Positions 26,254 through 38,557 of a stretch of DNA of 56,413 nucleotides are shown piece after piece. This stretch comes from Chiloscyllium plagiosum. Taxonomy: Eukaryota. The translations under genes were made by a program, and so were the position numbers. The DNA lies in contig NC_057755.1 of assembly GCF_004010195.1 (NCBI RefSeq), positions 2,183,803 through 2,240,215 of the forward strand. Reading direction: 5' to 3'. Within the stretch, counting starts at the first letter, position 1; every line of letters starts with the position of its first letter. The notes beneath the pieces were generated by a model. It saw only the letters and a list, made by a program, of their open reading frames with translations. It searched no databases and had not been told where the DNA came from.

Positions 26254-27131
26254 TTATGTCACCAGGTATTTTATTGCATAAATGATCTTCGCTCGGAACC
26301 GGGACAATGTTGCTGCATAAATAAATGTGTTTGTGCAACAACTTAGGTTCCGCAGCATGAAACCAACTCTTCTGAAGTTGTACAGAAAAGGCGGGAAATC
26401 ATTAGGATCTATTGCTTGAATCACATAATATAAGAAAATTACAATATTGATTAACCACAAGAGGATGAAGCTCCCAGAGATGGTGATGAGCAAAATCACA
26501 GCCTTCCTTCTGCTCTCCAACTCTGGGTCTCTGTGATTCTCTCCTTTGCTCTCACCCTTCAGCCTCTTCCGGACTCGACTGCTCACTAAAATGTGACTGA
26601 CAGTCAGAGCATTGAGCAACAGAATCAAACCGAATGGCAGTAAAGGGGTCAAAACTGTATCAAGCCAATCTAATACCACCCACCAAGTCTCAGTAAAGTA
26701 GCTTGACTTCGTTTTACAGTAGAATGGCACGTTGTTGATTATCCTCCAAGGTTCATATTGAAAATAGAAGGGGATGGTTTTCAAACAGAACAGGGTGCAG
26801 GTTGTTGCTAGGACCACAGTCGCAGTTTTCTCAGTGCAATATTTTGTTCTCAGCTTCTGACAACAAATGGTCATAAACCGGTCAAAGGAGAAAGTGACGG
26901 TGAACCAGACAGAACAGTCAGTGGCTGCACGATAAAGGACCCCAATAACACTGCACACAGGAGTGATGTCCAGGAAACACAATGGGTAATAATAATAGGG
27001 AAACCTTCTCAGTATAACATCAGTGATAATCACCATCAGATCAGCAGCTGCCATAACCACCAGGTAGCGAGTTGTGCAAGGTGCCACACCACATTTTCCA
27101 CATGAAAGAATTGCAATCGCCAGAACATTAA
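26254..27131 (-). CDS. GPR139/GPR142-like orphan class A GPCR, exon 2
   Basis: Acceptor ttgcttcctacAG; open frame with TM helices, FSFDRF, TPLLPF and SCCTNTFIY (NPxxY variant). With exon 1 it totals 945 nt = 314 aa plus stop. Confidence 0.92.
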
Positions 27132-28482
27132 CTGTAGGAAGCAAATTTGAAAAGACGCAGTGAATTACTGATGATAAATTTTTAGACTTTCACATCCACC
27201 ACAGATTTTCCTCCAGCCGAATCATTCTGGAGAGTATGGGGTTTGGACAGGGACTGAGCTTACCATCTGTCCTAGGAGAGCAGGAGGAATCTGTGTTTTT
27301 TTTTTTTTGCTGTAATAATCTATTGTGTTGCAATAGATTATTAAAGTTCTCAGCTCCAACTCTGGCAGGCACAGAGCCCCATTAAAAACCTCACTCCACT
27401 CAGTCGTAGGACTGCTGATTGTACTGTCAATAAACCAACCTCTCCTCTCCTCTTTGGATTAGGTCATTCCCCTGTTCTAAGCATTGGACCAAATCCTGAT
27501 CGGAGCCACAACAGGACCAGGTAGCAAATCATCAGAACCTGAGTAAGATTTCAAACAAGGCTACTCCATGTGTCTTGCACAAGTGCAGGAGAACAGAGCA
27601 TGCAACGTCTCAGTCGTGACAACGTGTGAATGTTAGGCCTGCTGTGATATTTGCACGGTAAAGTTCGACATGTGTGCATGACAAACGTCCTAACATACAG
27701 GGGTCGGGTTGGGGGAACAAGCTGTCACGATTTGAATTGCCTGACCAGAGATGGTGAGAAGGAGAGAATTTGCAGAAAGGATGATGGTTAGATGAAGTTT
27801 TAGAAATCAAATCAGGGCCCATATTCTTCAAATACTTTGCTTAACATAACAAAATCATTTAAACTGAGCAACTGATCCAATACCCACTGCAATTTGTATA
27901 AGAGATTTCTAAATCTCCCCTACCCTTTGTATTTAGAAATGCTTCTACGCATATCTGCTGAATGCTCTGACACTAATCAACAGGTTATGCTCCCTCATTC
28001 TTGAATAACCAACCAACGGAAATGGTTTATTTTTTCCACTTAATATCTTGTCGGACTTCACTCAGATCATCCCTTAACGTTGAAATCTCTCACCAAATCA
28101 GAATTCCCTGGCATACCAAAAACAGCAATAGCTCAGCAGGAGTGGCAGCATCTGTGCGAGAGAAAGCAGGGTCAATATGTCGCGCCCAGTGATCCTCCAT
28201 CAGAACTAACTAGCCTTATCTTTCCTCATACCCTCACACCGTATGAAACCAGAACAGATGACACAACACTGAGATCAGGGAATACTGCAGCAGCAGTGAG
28301 TTTGGGAGTATCTGTCAGTGGAGAATTGTACCGAGAATGCTGCTTAGTGAATTAGGATCACTCTTCCGGTACCTGGATAAGGCTGACCAGTCAGTGAGCT
28401 GGAGACATTATTGTTCAAAAGATAAAACCAGACAGCATATCTGCAGCAGATTAAAACAAGTTCAATTCTCATAGTGTCATAC

Positions 28483-28549
28483 CAGGAACGCCAATAAAAG
28501 CAAGGATGGTGTAGAACGCCTTCTCCACGTGTTGAATTGGTCGATGCAT
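28483..28549 (-). CDS. GPR139/GPR142-like GPCR, exon 1 (MHRPIQHVEKAFYTILAFIGVP)
   Basis: ATG at 28549 and donor G|GTATGA. The phase-1 join G+TT gives ...IGVPVNVLAI, restoring the TM1 GxPxN motif. Confidence 0.88.
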
Positions 28550-28636
28550 TTTTCCGTGCGAGTTGATATATCCCTTTAGGCAGCTGACAACCTCCTTGTT
28601 TGAGACTCTGAGCTGATGCATTTCTAGAGATGCTGC

Positions 28637-28642
28637 TTTATA
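28637..28642 (-). promoter_or_regulatory. Candidate TATA box of the GPCR gene
   Basis: TATAAA about 88 nt upstream of the ATG. Confidence 0.35.
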
Positions 28643-29685
28643 GTGTGTGGAAGCTCCTTGGGGAGATCGAGGTGACAGCATTGCTCAGCTTTGTTGCTGC
28701 TTTTCAAATTTATGTCAATGAACAAAGTAATTATAATAATACGTTTAATCCTAATTATGAAAGAGTGTTGCTCCTCCTACATTGTAACACAATAACAAAA
28801 GAAGAATCTGGAATTTACTAGCAATAGCACTGTCCACTCAAGCACCATGAACCCCATTCTGAGATCACAAATTATTCCAACCTATGCAGCATTGAGGCAA
28901 TTTACTCTGAATGTGAAAATATGCATCAGAGCTGTCCTTCTGCACTCTAGGCTGCCAACGACTCTCTTTCGACAAGAACATTTCACTCCCTGAGTGAAAT
29001 GTGATTCTTCTCACACACTGTATGTGTTTATTGCTGCTGAGGTCAGCAGTGATTTCCTATTCCCCAATTCCCAGGATCCGGCGTCACGTGAAGGACCAAG
29101 GGAGAAGAACGTACTGCCTCTCATGAGTGAAGTGGACTCAGTGAATAAGATGTTTTTTCAACAATGGAGACATCACTGACGTCACTCCTACTGACACTGT
29201 CCAACCCGATACATGGTTGATCCCTCTGACCTTATTGCCACTCTATATCCCCACTCTTTCTTGCCTTTTCCTGTTTATGAAGTCAATGTCAGTGCTGTGC
29301 GATCACAAATCGGCTGCTGTGTACAAACCTGCAATGGCTGACTGACTGACACCTTCAGAATCCATTGTCCCAGCTTTGTACCTCGCAGTTTGTACATGAT
29401 CACATCACAGCCTTCTGCAGATGGAATACAGTGAGATAGGAAGCAATGTTAGACTGAGGAGGAACAATGCAGACTACATGCTACAATGTTAACCTGGGGG
29501 CACGAACAAAGAAGGCTTCAGTTATGGATCTGGAACTCTGTCAGCACAGGTGAGGGAAGATTTGTTAAAAGGTTTTTTTTTCAAACTTGGTCACAACATC
29601 ACTTTTCCGTGATAAGTATACAAGGATCCGGAAAAATATATGTAATATTTAGTATGTACTGGAATAAAGAAGTACTTGACCCTAA

Positions 29686-29692
29686 TCTCTCT

Positions 29693-29731
<39 letters not shown>
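29686..29731. repeat. (TC)n(AC)n compound microsatellite
   Basis: Directly visible in the sequence. Confidence 0.95.
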
Positions 29732-29732
29732 T

Positions 29733-29962
29733 GACTAGAGTCAAAGGGTGTGGTCCTGGAAAAGCACAGCCAGTCAGGCAGCATCCGAGGAGCAAAAGAG
29801 TCGACATTTCAAGCATAACCTCCTCGTCACCATATTCCTCATGGGGGGCCTATGCCCAAAACATGGACTCTCCTGCTCCTCGGATCCTGCCTGATCAGCT
29901 GTGCTTTTCCAGCACCATACCCTTTGATTCTGATCCCCAGCATCTGCAGTTCTCACTTTCTT
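29733..29962. mobile_element. Penelope-derived fold-back mini-element (diverged)
   Basis: ctggaaaagcacagc...ggcagcatccgaggagc is mirrored by gctcctcggatcctgcctga...gctgtgcttttccag. Confidence 0.7.
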
Positions 29963-29971
29963 CACACATAC

Positions 29972-30554
29972 TGTCACATTAAAAATATTATTTCCTGCTG
30001 GGTCTTTCGGAAGAAAGGTTGTAAAGGCAGAAGTGTTGAAGAGTTGAGGGTGTTAAAAGCTAAAACTGTTGAATAAATACCGGAGTAGCTAATTCTGTCA
30101 GTTCAGGGGTTCTAGTTTTTTATAACTGCAGCAGTTAGAGGATGGTTTGAGTGCCAGAAGGTTTGCAAGCTTCGGTAAACGCTTCCTGACTGATTCTCTC
30201 TGAAACCTTTCTCTGGATGTTATTCCCTCCTGCCTGTAAGTATCTGTGTTTGAATTTGCCTTTTTTTGTCAAGCAGTATATTTATGGGATGTTAATGGAT
30301 TGGAATAGTTAATAAGTTAAGTATCAGGTTAGTAAACTTTTTCAATAGCTAAGTTGTTCTAAATTCTGCTTTCTTTTGTTCAAGTTTCAACTGTAGTGTT
30401 TAAATAAATTGTGTTTTGCTTAAAGCCGGGTGGTTTGACCAGCTGCATCAGACAGGGAACACTCACTTCACAACTGCCTTTAATTTAAGATGAACGTTTG
30501 GGTCTAGATTACATTCTTCAGTTATTTGGAGGGGGTCTGGCCTGGTCTATAACA
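29972..30554 (+). mobile_element. 5' LTR of a Gmr1-like Gypsy element
   Basis: AATAAA at about 30403; ends TAACA; followed by a PBS and gag. The left boundary is uncertain. Confidence 0.75.
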
Positions 30555-30557
30555 GAT

Positions 30558-30576
30558 TGGTGGCTCTTGTCGAGAT
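30558..30576 (+). promoter_or_regulatory. Degenerate tRNA-Pro primer binding site
   Basis: TGGTGGCTCTTGTCGAGAT resembles TGGGGGCTCGTCCGGGAT and lies 3 nt after the LTR end. Confidence 0.6.
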
Positions 30577-30679
30577 AATTGGATATTTCCAGTTGGCGTT
30601 TAGGCTTGTTGCATTCAAAGGCAGCGAGTGGCAGGTGTTCGTATCTTTTGCTCCGAGTTCTCTGAAACAACCTACAAGT

Positions 30680-31385
30680 TGGCATCCTGTCTCTCAGATG
30701 TAGAGTAGATCACATCGGGGATGCAATGGATACATTTGAAGATGGGTGTGGATGTACAGGAGATGATGTGTGTATAAGTACATCTCTGGCAAACTTGCAG
30801 ATCGTTTCAGAGAAAACCTCTGGGAAACTTGTGGATTGTTTCATTGAACGTCTCTGGGACATGCACATGAATCAACCCCCTTGCCCCATGATTGTTCCTC
30901 CCATTCTACCAAGGACATGCAGGTTCTGGGCATTGCCAAACCCTTACCACACAACGCCTGGAGGAAGAACACCTCATCTTCCACCTTGGGAGCCAGCAAC
31001 CACGGGGGTTTATGTGGATTTCACCAGTTTCCTCATTTCCCCTCCCCCATCCTATCCCAGTCCCAAGCCTCCAACTCAGCACCGCCCCCTTGTCAGGTCC
31101 TACCTGTGTCCATGTTTCTTCTCAACTATCCATTCCAGCCTCACCTCCAACTTATCAGTTCCACTTCCACATTCATCTACCTATCACATTCTCAGCTGCC
31201 TTCTCCCCAGCCCCATCTTCCTCCGAATTATGTCCCAGCCCCCAGGCCTAAGAGCCTCATTTCTGATGAAGGGCCTATACCTGAAACATTGATTCTCCTG
31301 CTCTTTGGATGCTGCCTGACCAACTGTGCTTTTTCAGCACCACACTCTCTACTCTGATCTCCAACATCTGCAGTCCTCACTCTCT
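30680..31385 (+). mobile_element. Penelope-like element 3' part (GIY-YIG C-terminus and terminal repeat with hammerhead motif)
   Basis: LADRFRE and QRLEEEHLIFHLGSQQP; CTGATGAagggcctatacctGAAACATT at about 31263-31290. Confidence 0.8.
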
Positions 31386-31870
31386 CCCAGAAGCTGACAG
31401 GCCATGTTTCAGGAATCTCAGGAGGGACCCTGGTCAAATATGCATTGAACTTGAAAGGTTCAAACAAAGTCATTTTGATAGGCGGATATGGGTACTAAAG
31501 ATAGATCTAATATATAACACTCAGAGAGTTGATTGTTTGGATGAATTCAAAAATTCACTACGACGTAGTGAGAGCACATGTGGAAGAGCAGAGAGTTAAA
31601 ACGGCAAGGTTAGCAGCAATAGCTGATGATTATGAGTTGGTACATAAATCAAAGTGTGACTTCCAACATGATTTCAATTCACGAGGAATAGAAATAGGGG
31701 AAAAGATTAATCTTCAGATCGGAAGGGAAAAGTCGATCTCAGTGAAGATAATAAAGATAGCTTACCGCAGGGTAAAAAGGAAATCCATGAAAGGGAAAGA
31801 GATGTTTAAAAGATCCAGTATTTTCACTGCAATCACGTGGATATATAAAGTCACAGTGTTGCTGGGAAGA
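31386..31870 (+). mobile_element. Gmr1-like Gypsy gag fragment (SCAN-like region)
   Basis: PEADRPCFRNLRRDPGQ...EFKNSL, frameshift, then DVVRAHVEEQRVKTARLAAIADDYELVHKSK. Confidence 0.85.
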
Positions 31871-32019
31871 CTTTGTTAAATTGGTAAAAGAGGGCCTAGT
31901 GGAGGCTAAAACGTTGCACCAGAATATTCAACCTGGCTGGAGGATGGAAGAGAAAAAGAGCCAGGTCTCCTACAGCAAAGATATTATGAAACTTCAAATT
32001 TTCCCTGGAACAGGGAAAT

Positions 32020-32365
32020 GGATATTCTAATTAGGCAAGATATTTTCCCTGGGGTGGGGGGGGGGCAAATTTAGGGGGCATTGGTTTAAGGTGAGAGGAC
32101 AAGGATATAAAAAAGGACATAAGGCGTCCCCAGGGACGCAGAGAGTGATGCATGTATGGATTGAGTTGCCTGATGAAGTGGTGGAGGATAATATCATTAC
32201 ACCAATTAAAATGCATCTGGAAGGACATATGAAAAGCAAAGGTATGGGGGCTATGGATCAAATACTGTCAAATGGGACTAGATGTATGTAAGATATCTGG
32301 TAAATATGAACAAGATGGACCAAAGGTCCTGTTTGTGCTGGAGACCTCGGTGACTCTATGACTGA
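32020..32365 (+). mobile_element. CR1 3' fragment
   Basis: TQRVMHVWIELPDEVVE; tail tgactctatgact. Confidence 0.8.
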
Positions 32366-32871
32366 ATATATTCAGTGTCCTAACATCCTGCACACTCTGG
32401 AGGAGTGAATCCCACAGATTTATGATCCATTGGGAAGTAATTCCTGCTCATCTCTGGTTTAAATCTGCCACCCCTTTATCCGAGAACTATAACCTCTCAT
32501 TCCAGATTGTCCCTCTAAGGAAAGCATCCTCTCTACCTTGTCAAACTTCTTGCACAATCTGTGGAGACAGTGATGGAAAATGGCAGTTATTCAGTTATTT
32601 CCCATCAGTCTTTATTGTGAAAAATACAACACCCACGGCTGTACTCCAGAGGAGGCAATGGCCTAGTGGTATTATCGCTGGACGGTTTATATGGAGACCT
32701 AGAGAATGTTCTGAGGACCTGGGTTTGAATACTGCCATGGCAGGCAGTGGAATGGAATTCAATAAAATGTCTGAAATTTAGAATGTAATAGTAACCATGA
32801 ATTAATTGTTGAGGAAAAACTATCCACAATAAAGACTGATGTAAAATACGTATAACTGCCATTTTCCATCA

Positions 32872-33191
32872 TAGGCGGCACGGTGGCTCAGTGAGTAGTA
32901 CTGCTGTTTCACAGCACAACGGACTCAGGATCGATTCCAGCCTCGGGCTACTGTCTGTGTGGAGTTTGCGCATTCTCGCTGTGTCTGCATGGATTTCCTC
33001 TGGGTGCTCTGGTTTCCTCCCACCATCCAAAAGTTGTGCAAGTTAAGTGAATCGGCCATGCCAAATTGCCCATAGTGTTTGGTGCATTAGTCAGGGTTAA
33101 ATATAGGGTCTGGATGGGTTACTCTTCGGAGGGTCAGTGTGAACATGTTGGGCCGAAGAGCCAGTTTCCATACTGGAGGGAATCTAATCTA
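32872..33191 (+). mobile_element. Full-length HE1-like SINE
   Basis: tRNA head, core, LINE-derived tail ending (AATCT)n; ATCA repeated at 32868-32871 and 33192-33195. Confidence 0.92.
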
Positions 33192-33341
33192 ATCACTGTC
33201 TCCGCATATTGTGAAGGAAGTTTGATGAGGTAGAGAGGACATTTTCACTGATGTACTTTAGGGAAGGAAGCTGCCATCCTTACCTGGTTTGGCCGTGTAA
33301 CCCCACACCCACAGCAATGTGGTTATCTCTGAACTGCCCTG

Positions 33342-33470
33342 GTTGTAGGTATGTCGACTGAGCGGGGAAGTTGACTTGCAGACGTATGATCCCTTGTCTG
33401 AGTGACATCTTCATCGCTTTGGAGTGTCCTGTGAAGCGCTGTTTTACTGTTGGTGCTCTGATCTGCCTGC
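33342..33470 (-). mobile_element. Penelope-derived terminal-repeat fragment related to 51349-51683
   Basis: ttgcagacgtatgatcccttgtctgagtgacatc...cctgtgaagcgc is similar to 51377-51440. Confidence 0.65.
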
Positions 33471-33905
33471 TGGGCAATTAGGGATAGGAAATATATGCTG
33501 CCAAGCCAGTGATGTCCTCATCACTGAATTTGGTAAATTATACATCTACTATCACATGCACCATTTCACATGTTCCACTTCATCCACCACGCTTGTTACA
33601 TCACCAAAGAATTCCAGTAGATTTGTCAAACACGACCTTCCCTTCCTGAATTCATGCTGCATCTGCCTGATGAAATTCTTTCCATCCAGAAGTCACACTC
33701 TTCCCATTTTTAATGATCGCCTCCAGCATTTCCCTGATGTCAGATTTAAGCTAACTGGTCAATTGCCTGCACTATTAAATAGTGGTGTGATATTCGCTGA
33801 CTTCCAGTTCGCTGGGATCTGCCCGGAGTCCACTGAATTTGGTAAATTATACATCTACTATCACATGCACCATTTCTTTCAGTTCCTTAGGATGCATTCC
33901 TGCTT

Positions 33906-36630
33906 CATAGGAACAGAAGCAGGAGTAGGCAATTTGGTCCGTCGAGCCTGTTCCACCATTCATTAAGATTGTGGCTGATCTATCCATTGTCTCAGCTCTC
34001 TTACCTGTATTATCCCTATAACCCTTACCGTGCAAAATCTTATCCAACTGTGTCTTGAATAGATTTAATGAAGCTGCTTCTACCGCTTCCTTGGCAGAGA
34101 ATTCCCTAGATTCACTCTTATCTGAGAAAAGCAGTTCCTACTTATCTCTGTCCTAAATCTATCTAACTCCCCCTTCCGTAATCCTGAGGCTCTGACCCCT
34201 CGTCCTAGTCTCACCCGCCAGTGGAAACAGCTTGCCTGCCTCTATCGTATCTATCTCTTTCATAATGTTACATTTCTATAAGATCCCCTCTCATTCTTCT
34301 AAATTCTAGTGAGTACAGTCCCAGACGGCACAACCTCTCTTCATAGGGTAACCCCCTCATCTTCAGAATAAAAGGCGAACCTCCTCAGCACCGCATCCAA
34401 AGCCAGGATATTTTTTCTCAAGCAAGAGATTGGAACTGCACACAATACTCGAGGTGTAGTCTCACCAACATTTTGGACAATTGCAGCATAACCTCCCTGC
34501 TCTTAATTTCAGTTCCTCCACCAATGAAAGCCAATATTCCATATGCCTTCCTGATTACCTGTGGTACCTGCAAATCAACTTTTAGCGATTCATGTACAAG
34601 CACTCCTAAGTTCCTCTGCACAACAGAATGCTGTAAACGTTAAACATTTAAATAATATTCTGACCTACCAACTTTACTTTCAAAGTGGATAACCTCACAT
34701 TTACCAACATGTATTCCATCGGGCAGATGCTTGCTCACTCGCTTAACCGATTGAAATCTCTCTCTGCAGACTCTCCACATCCTCCACAGTTTTCCTTTCC
34801 ACTCAATTTACTGTCATCAGCAAACATGGATATAATACATTCGGTCTCCTCTTCCAAATCATTTATATATATCACGAATAGCTGCATTCCCAACACAGAG
34901 CCCTGTGGCATCCCGCTCACCAGTGATCTTCAAACACAGAAACACCCATTTATCCCAACTTTCTGCTGTCTATTGGTTAACCAGTCCATACGAGCGCATT
35001 CCCACAAATCCATCCATTCTTATCTCATGGAAGAGTCTTTTATGCGGCTGCTTATTGAATTTCTTCTGCAAATCCAAGTATATAACATTCACATGTTCCA
35101 CTTCATCCACCATGCTTGTTACATCACCAAAGAATTCCAGTAGATTTGTCAAACACGACCTTCCCTTCCTGAATCCATGCTGCATCTGCCTGATGAAATT
35201 CTTTCCATCCAGAAGTCACACTCTTCCCATTTTTAATGATCGCCTCCAGCATTTCCCTGATGTCAGATTTAAGCTAACTGGTCAATTGCCTGCACTATTA
35301 AATAGTGGTGTGATATTCGCTGACTTCCAGTTCGCTGGGATCTGCCCGGAGTCCACTGAATTTGGTAAATTATACATCTACTATCACATGCACCATTTCT
35401 TTCAGTTCCTTAGGATGCATTCCAACACGACCAGGGCAGTTATCTATTTTAGATCCTCACCATAGCTCAACACTACCTCGTTAGTGATAATAATTGAATT
35501 GAGCTCCTCATTTCCCATCGCATCCTTAACATCAATCTTTGCAATGTCAGACGCATCTTCCAGTGTGAAGACTTACACAAAATAAATTTCAAGGCCTCGG
35601 CTGTTTCATCACGACCTAATAATAATTCCCCTTTCTCATCCTGCAAGACAACTACGAGCACTTTAGCCACCTTTTTCCGTGTTAGATAGTTATAAAAACT
35701 TGTCTTAGAGGTTTTTATATTCTGTGCTAGTTTCCGTTGATAATCAATCATTCCTTTCTTTATTGCATACTTTGTGTTTCTTTCTTGCTTTTCAATATTT
35801 ACCCAATCTTCTTGTTCCCACTGCCAGTGGATACTTTCTAAGCCTGAGCTTTTATTTGGATGCCTTCCTTTATTCTCTTGGTTATCCAAGGCTGACTCTT
35901 CCTACCCTTGCTCTCGTTGTTTTTGACAGGTATATACTTTCCATGAGCACTGTGAAAAATCTCTTTGAAAGTCCCCCACTGTTCCTCAACTGTCCCCTGT
36001 CTAATTTAGTCAACTCTTTCCTCAACCCATTATAGACTCCCTTGTTTAAGCATAACACCCTGGTTTTAGATGATACTATATCACTCTCCATTTGTATCCG
36101 ATATTCGATCATACTGTGATCACTCTTTCTGAGAGGATCTTTAACTGCGTTAACTTTATCTGGCTCCTTACACAGGAACATATCTAAGATTGCACGCTCC
36201 CTTGTAGGTTCTGTAACATGCTGTTCAAGTAACTTATCATGAATGAGTTCTATGAACTCCTCTTCAAGTCTGCCCCTTCTGCCTTGATCCATCCAATCAA
36301 AGTCCTCACTGCCCTTCCATTCTAACATGCGTCAGATGTTCCTTGATTGATCCCCTGTGCCGTGGTGGCAATATAATTGGGTGGAGAAAGTGAGGACTGC
36401 AGATGCTGGAGATCAGAGCTGAAAATGTGTTGCTGGAAAAGCGCAGCAGGTCAGGCAGCATCCAAGGAGCAGGAAAATCGATGTTTCGGGCATGAGCCCT
36501 TCTTCAGGCGAAACGTCGATTCTCCTGCTCCTTGGATGCTGCCTGACCTGCTGCGCTTTTCCAGCAACACATTTTCACTAATATTATTGGGTGGCCTTGA
36601 GACTCCTCCCACCAGTCACTTCTTCCCCTT
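33906..36630 (-). mobile_element. CR1-clade LINE ORF2 (APE C-terminus to 3' end), decayed
   Basis: QHVTEPTRERAILD, SDHSMI, QHGFRKGRSCLTNLLEFF, MFADDSKL and RLHLEYCVQF. Confidence 0.9.
36385..36579. mobile_element. Penelope-derived fold-back mini-element with hammerhead motif and 15-bp TSD
   Basis: Arms of about 70 bp (36420-36488 and 36509-36577). Minus strand has CTGAAGAagggctcatgcccGAAACATC. TSD AATATAATTGGGTGG (36370-36384) / AATATTATTGGGTGG (36580-36594). Confidence 0.85.
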
Positions 36631-37271
36631 ACTGATAATGTTTTGGGGATTCAACAATCCAAACCTCCTATGATAATGGCTTCTCATCATGTTTTAGAGT
36701 ATTGTGAACTCAACAGTTAAAATTTCCCTACTATACTGTAATGGTTGACTGTGTCCCTTTCCTTTGGTAGGCGGCGACCGGAAATCTCAGTGGATGTCTG
36801 GTTATATTAGAATTGTAGGAAATGTCTGGGGCCATACATGTGTTTTGCTCCCAGGCCTCGGGCGAAGCTATTTGTTTCCTTGGATAAGACTGTCTGCGCC
36901 GACTGTAGACCTTATTGACTGCCTCCTATCCTATCAATATACTTCTTTACCGATTAACAAGAGAATGTAAATACCAACAATGACGACAATTCAGGATCTT
37001 ATTAGTTACTTGCTTTCCTATTAACATAAGATAACGTGAATAATCCAGTCACAGTCTCATGTGAACAATTCAGTCTTTTCACAGGAAGATAGCAATCCCG
37101 AGTCACTGGAAGCTTGAGAAATTCCAGGTTTGATAATTTAATAGTGATTAATCATGTGATGCTAAGAAATGTGTATCAGTCCCACGCAAATGAGATAGAA
37201 AGTGTACTGCATGCATGGAATGTTCAGAGATTCATCGAGAGGTTGCCTCTACAAGAAGGCGATGAGACTCA

Positions 37272-37771
37272 NNNNNNNNNNNNNNNNNNNNNNNNNNNNN
37301 NNNNNNNNNNNNNNNNNNNNNNNNNNNNNNNNNNNNNNNNNNNNNNNNNNNNNNNNNNNNNNNNNNNNNNNNNNNNNNNNNNNNNNNNNNNNNNNNNNNN
37401 NNNNNNNNNNNNNNNNNNNNNNNNNNNNNNNNNNNNNNNNNNNNNNNNNNNNNNNNNNNNNNNNNNNNNNNNNNNNNNNNNNNNNNNNNNNNNNNNNNNN
37501 NNNNNNNNNNNNNNNNNNNNNNNNNNNNNNNNNNNNNNNNNNNNNNNNNNNNNNNNNNNNNNNNNNNNNNNNNNNNNNNNNNNNNNNNNNNNNNNNNNNN
37601 NNNNNNNNNNNNNNNNNNNNNNNNNNNNNNNNNNNNNNNNNNNNNNNNNNNNNNNNNNNNNNNNNNNNNNNNNNNNNNNNNNNNNNNNNNNNNNNNNNNN
37701 NNNNNNNNNNNNNNNNNNNNNNNNNNNNNNNNNNNNNNNNNNNNNNNNNNNNNNNNNNNNNNNNNNNNNNN
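37272..37771. other. Assembly gap (500 N)
   Basis: Run of N. Confidence 1.
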
Positions 37772-38455
37772 TGTTAGAGAAGAGCAGATGGGAGAGTACG
37801 CATCAGGAGTTACCTCTGAAGGAACTGTCCAATGCCCTCAAGTCCTCAGCAAAGAGTACAATTTCAATAAGTGATGGCTTGCCACCTGAGTTGTTTTCAC
37901 CTCTGTGGCATTTGATTGGCCTGGACTTGCTGAAAGTGGACAGCAGTATGCTTCAAACAGGTAGCCTGTGTGAATCCAGCAGGAAATGTATCATCCCACT
38001 CATATCCAATTGAAGGGGGAGAGGGAGAACTGATGACCAGTTTCACTGCTCAATGCAGTTTACAGAATCCCGCTGAAGCTCATTGCCAACTATGTGAGAT
38101 CTGCTGTGGGATCAATGGTTCACCCCGACCAAACCTGTGCTGTACTGGGCAGGATGATCTCCCTGACCCTCACTTTCAACAGTGATATAATTGTCTATAT
38201 GTGGGAAAATGAGGTTAGAAACCTGACTTATCAGCCTCCACCAGGAGAAGGCTTTTGACAGGAAACCGCACACCAACATATTGGACATGCTCTCCAAAAT
38301 TGAGGTTGTGAACGAGAGCTGCAAATGGATTCAACTGTTCTGCACTACCAGCGTTATTGCAGTCTCAGTAAACGGGTGGGTATCAGAAAGCTTCCCGAAC
38401 AGTCCTGGAATCAGGCAGCGCTGCTGTTTGTCACCTTTCCCGTTTGATTATTGTC
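37772..38455 (+). mobile_element. Tx1-like LINE RT fragment
   Basis: LPLKELSNALKS...SDGLPPELF...HPDQTCAVLGR...SLHQEKAFDR...GIRQRCCLSP. Confidence 0.85.
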
Positions 38456-38557
38456 CTAGAGATGATTAAATAATTGTTCTGATTAATTAAAATCTTTCTT
38501 ATTCCTCAGCCATTGCCTTTCAACTGAGAAAGTGAGGACTTCATCAATAATGTGCTT

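Larger units (their letters stand above)
32651..33521 (+). mobile_element. tRNA-derived SINE (second family) split by nested insertions
   Basis: Head ggaggcaatggcctagtggtattatcgctgg. Pieces 32651-32820, about 33243-33342 and about 33470-33521 are colinear with the uninterrupted copy at 49608-49912. Confidence 0.8.

Noticed and set aside
27132..27144. ORF-track start MLPT for the GPCR
   Set aside because: A TTG start inside the intron's acceptor region; the real start is in exon 1 at 28549.
32872..32945. tRNA genes (also at 6752, 14042, 32651, 54660)
   Set aside because: These are SINE heads that continue into SINE cores and tails.
33424..35465. Plus-strand ORFs of 180 and 186 aa sharing sequence
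   Set aside because: Antisense frames of CR1 RT plus the local 336-bp duplication.
37114..38013. ORFs of 299 and 191 aa
   Set aside because: They span the 500-N gap; the right part is Tx1-like RT debris.
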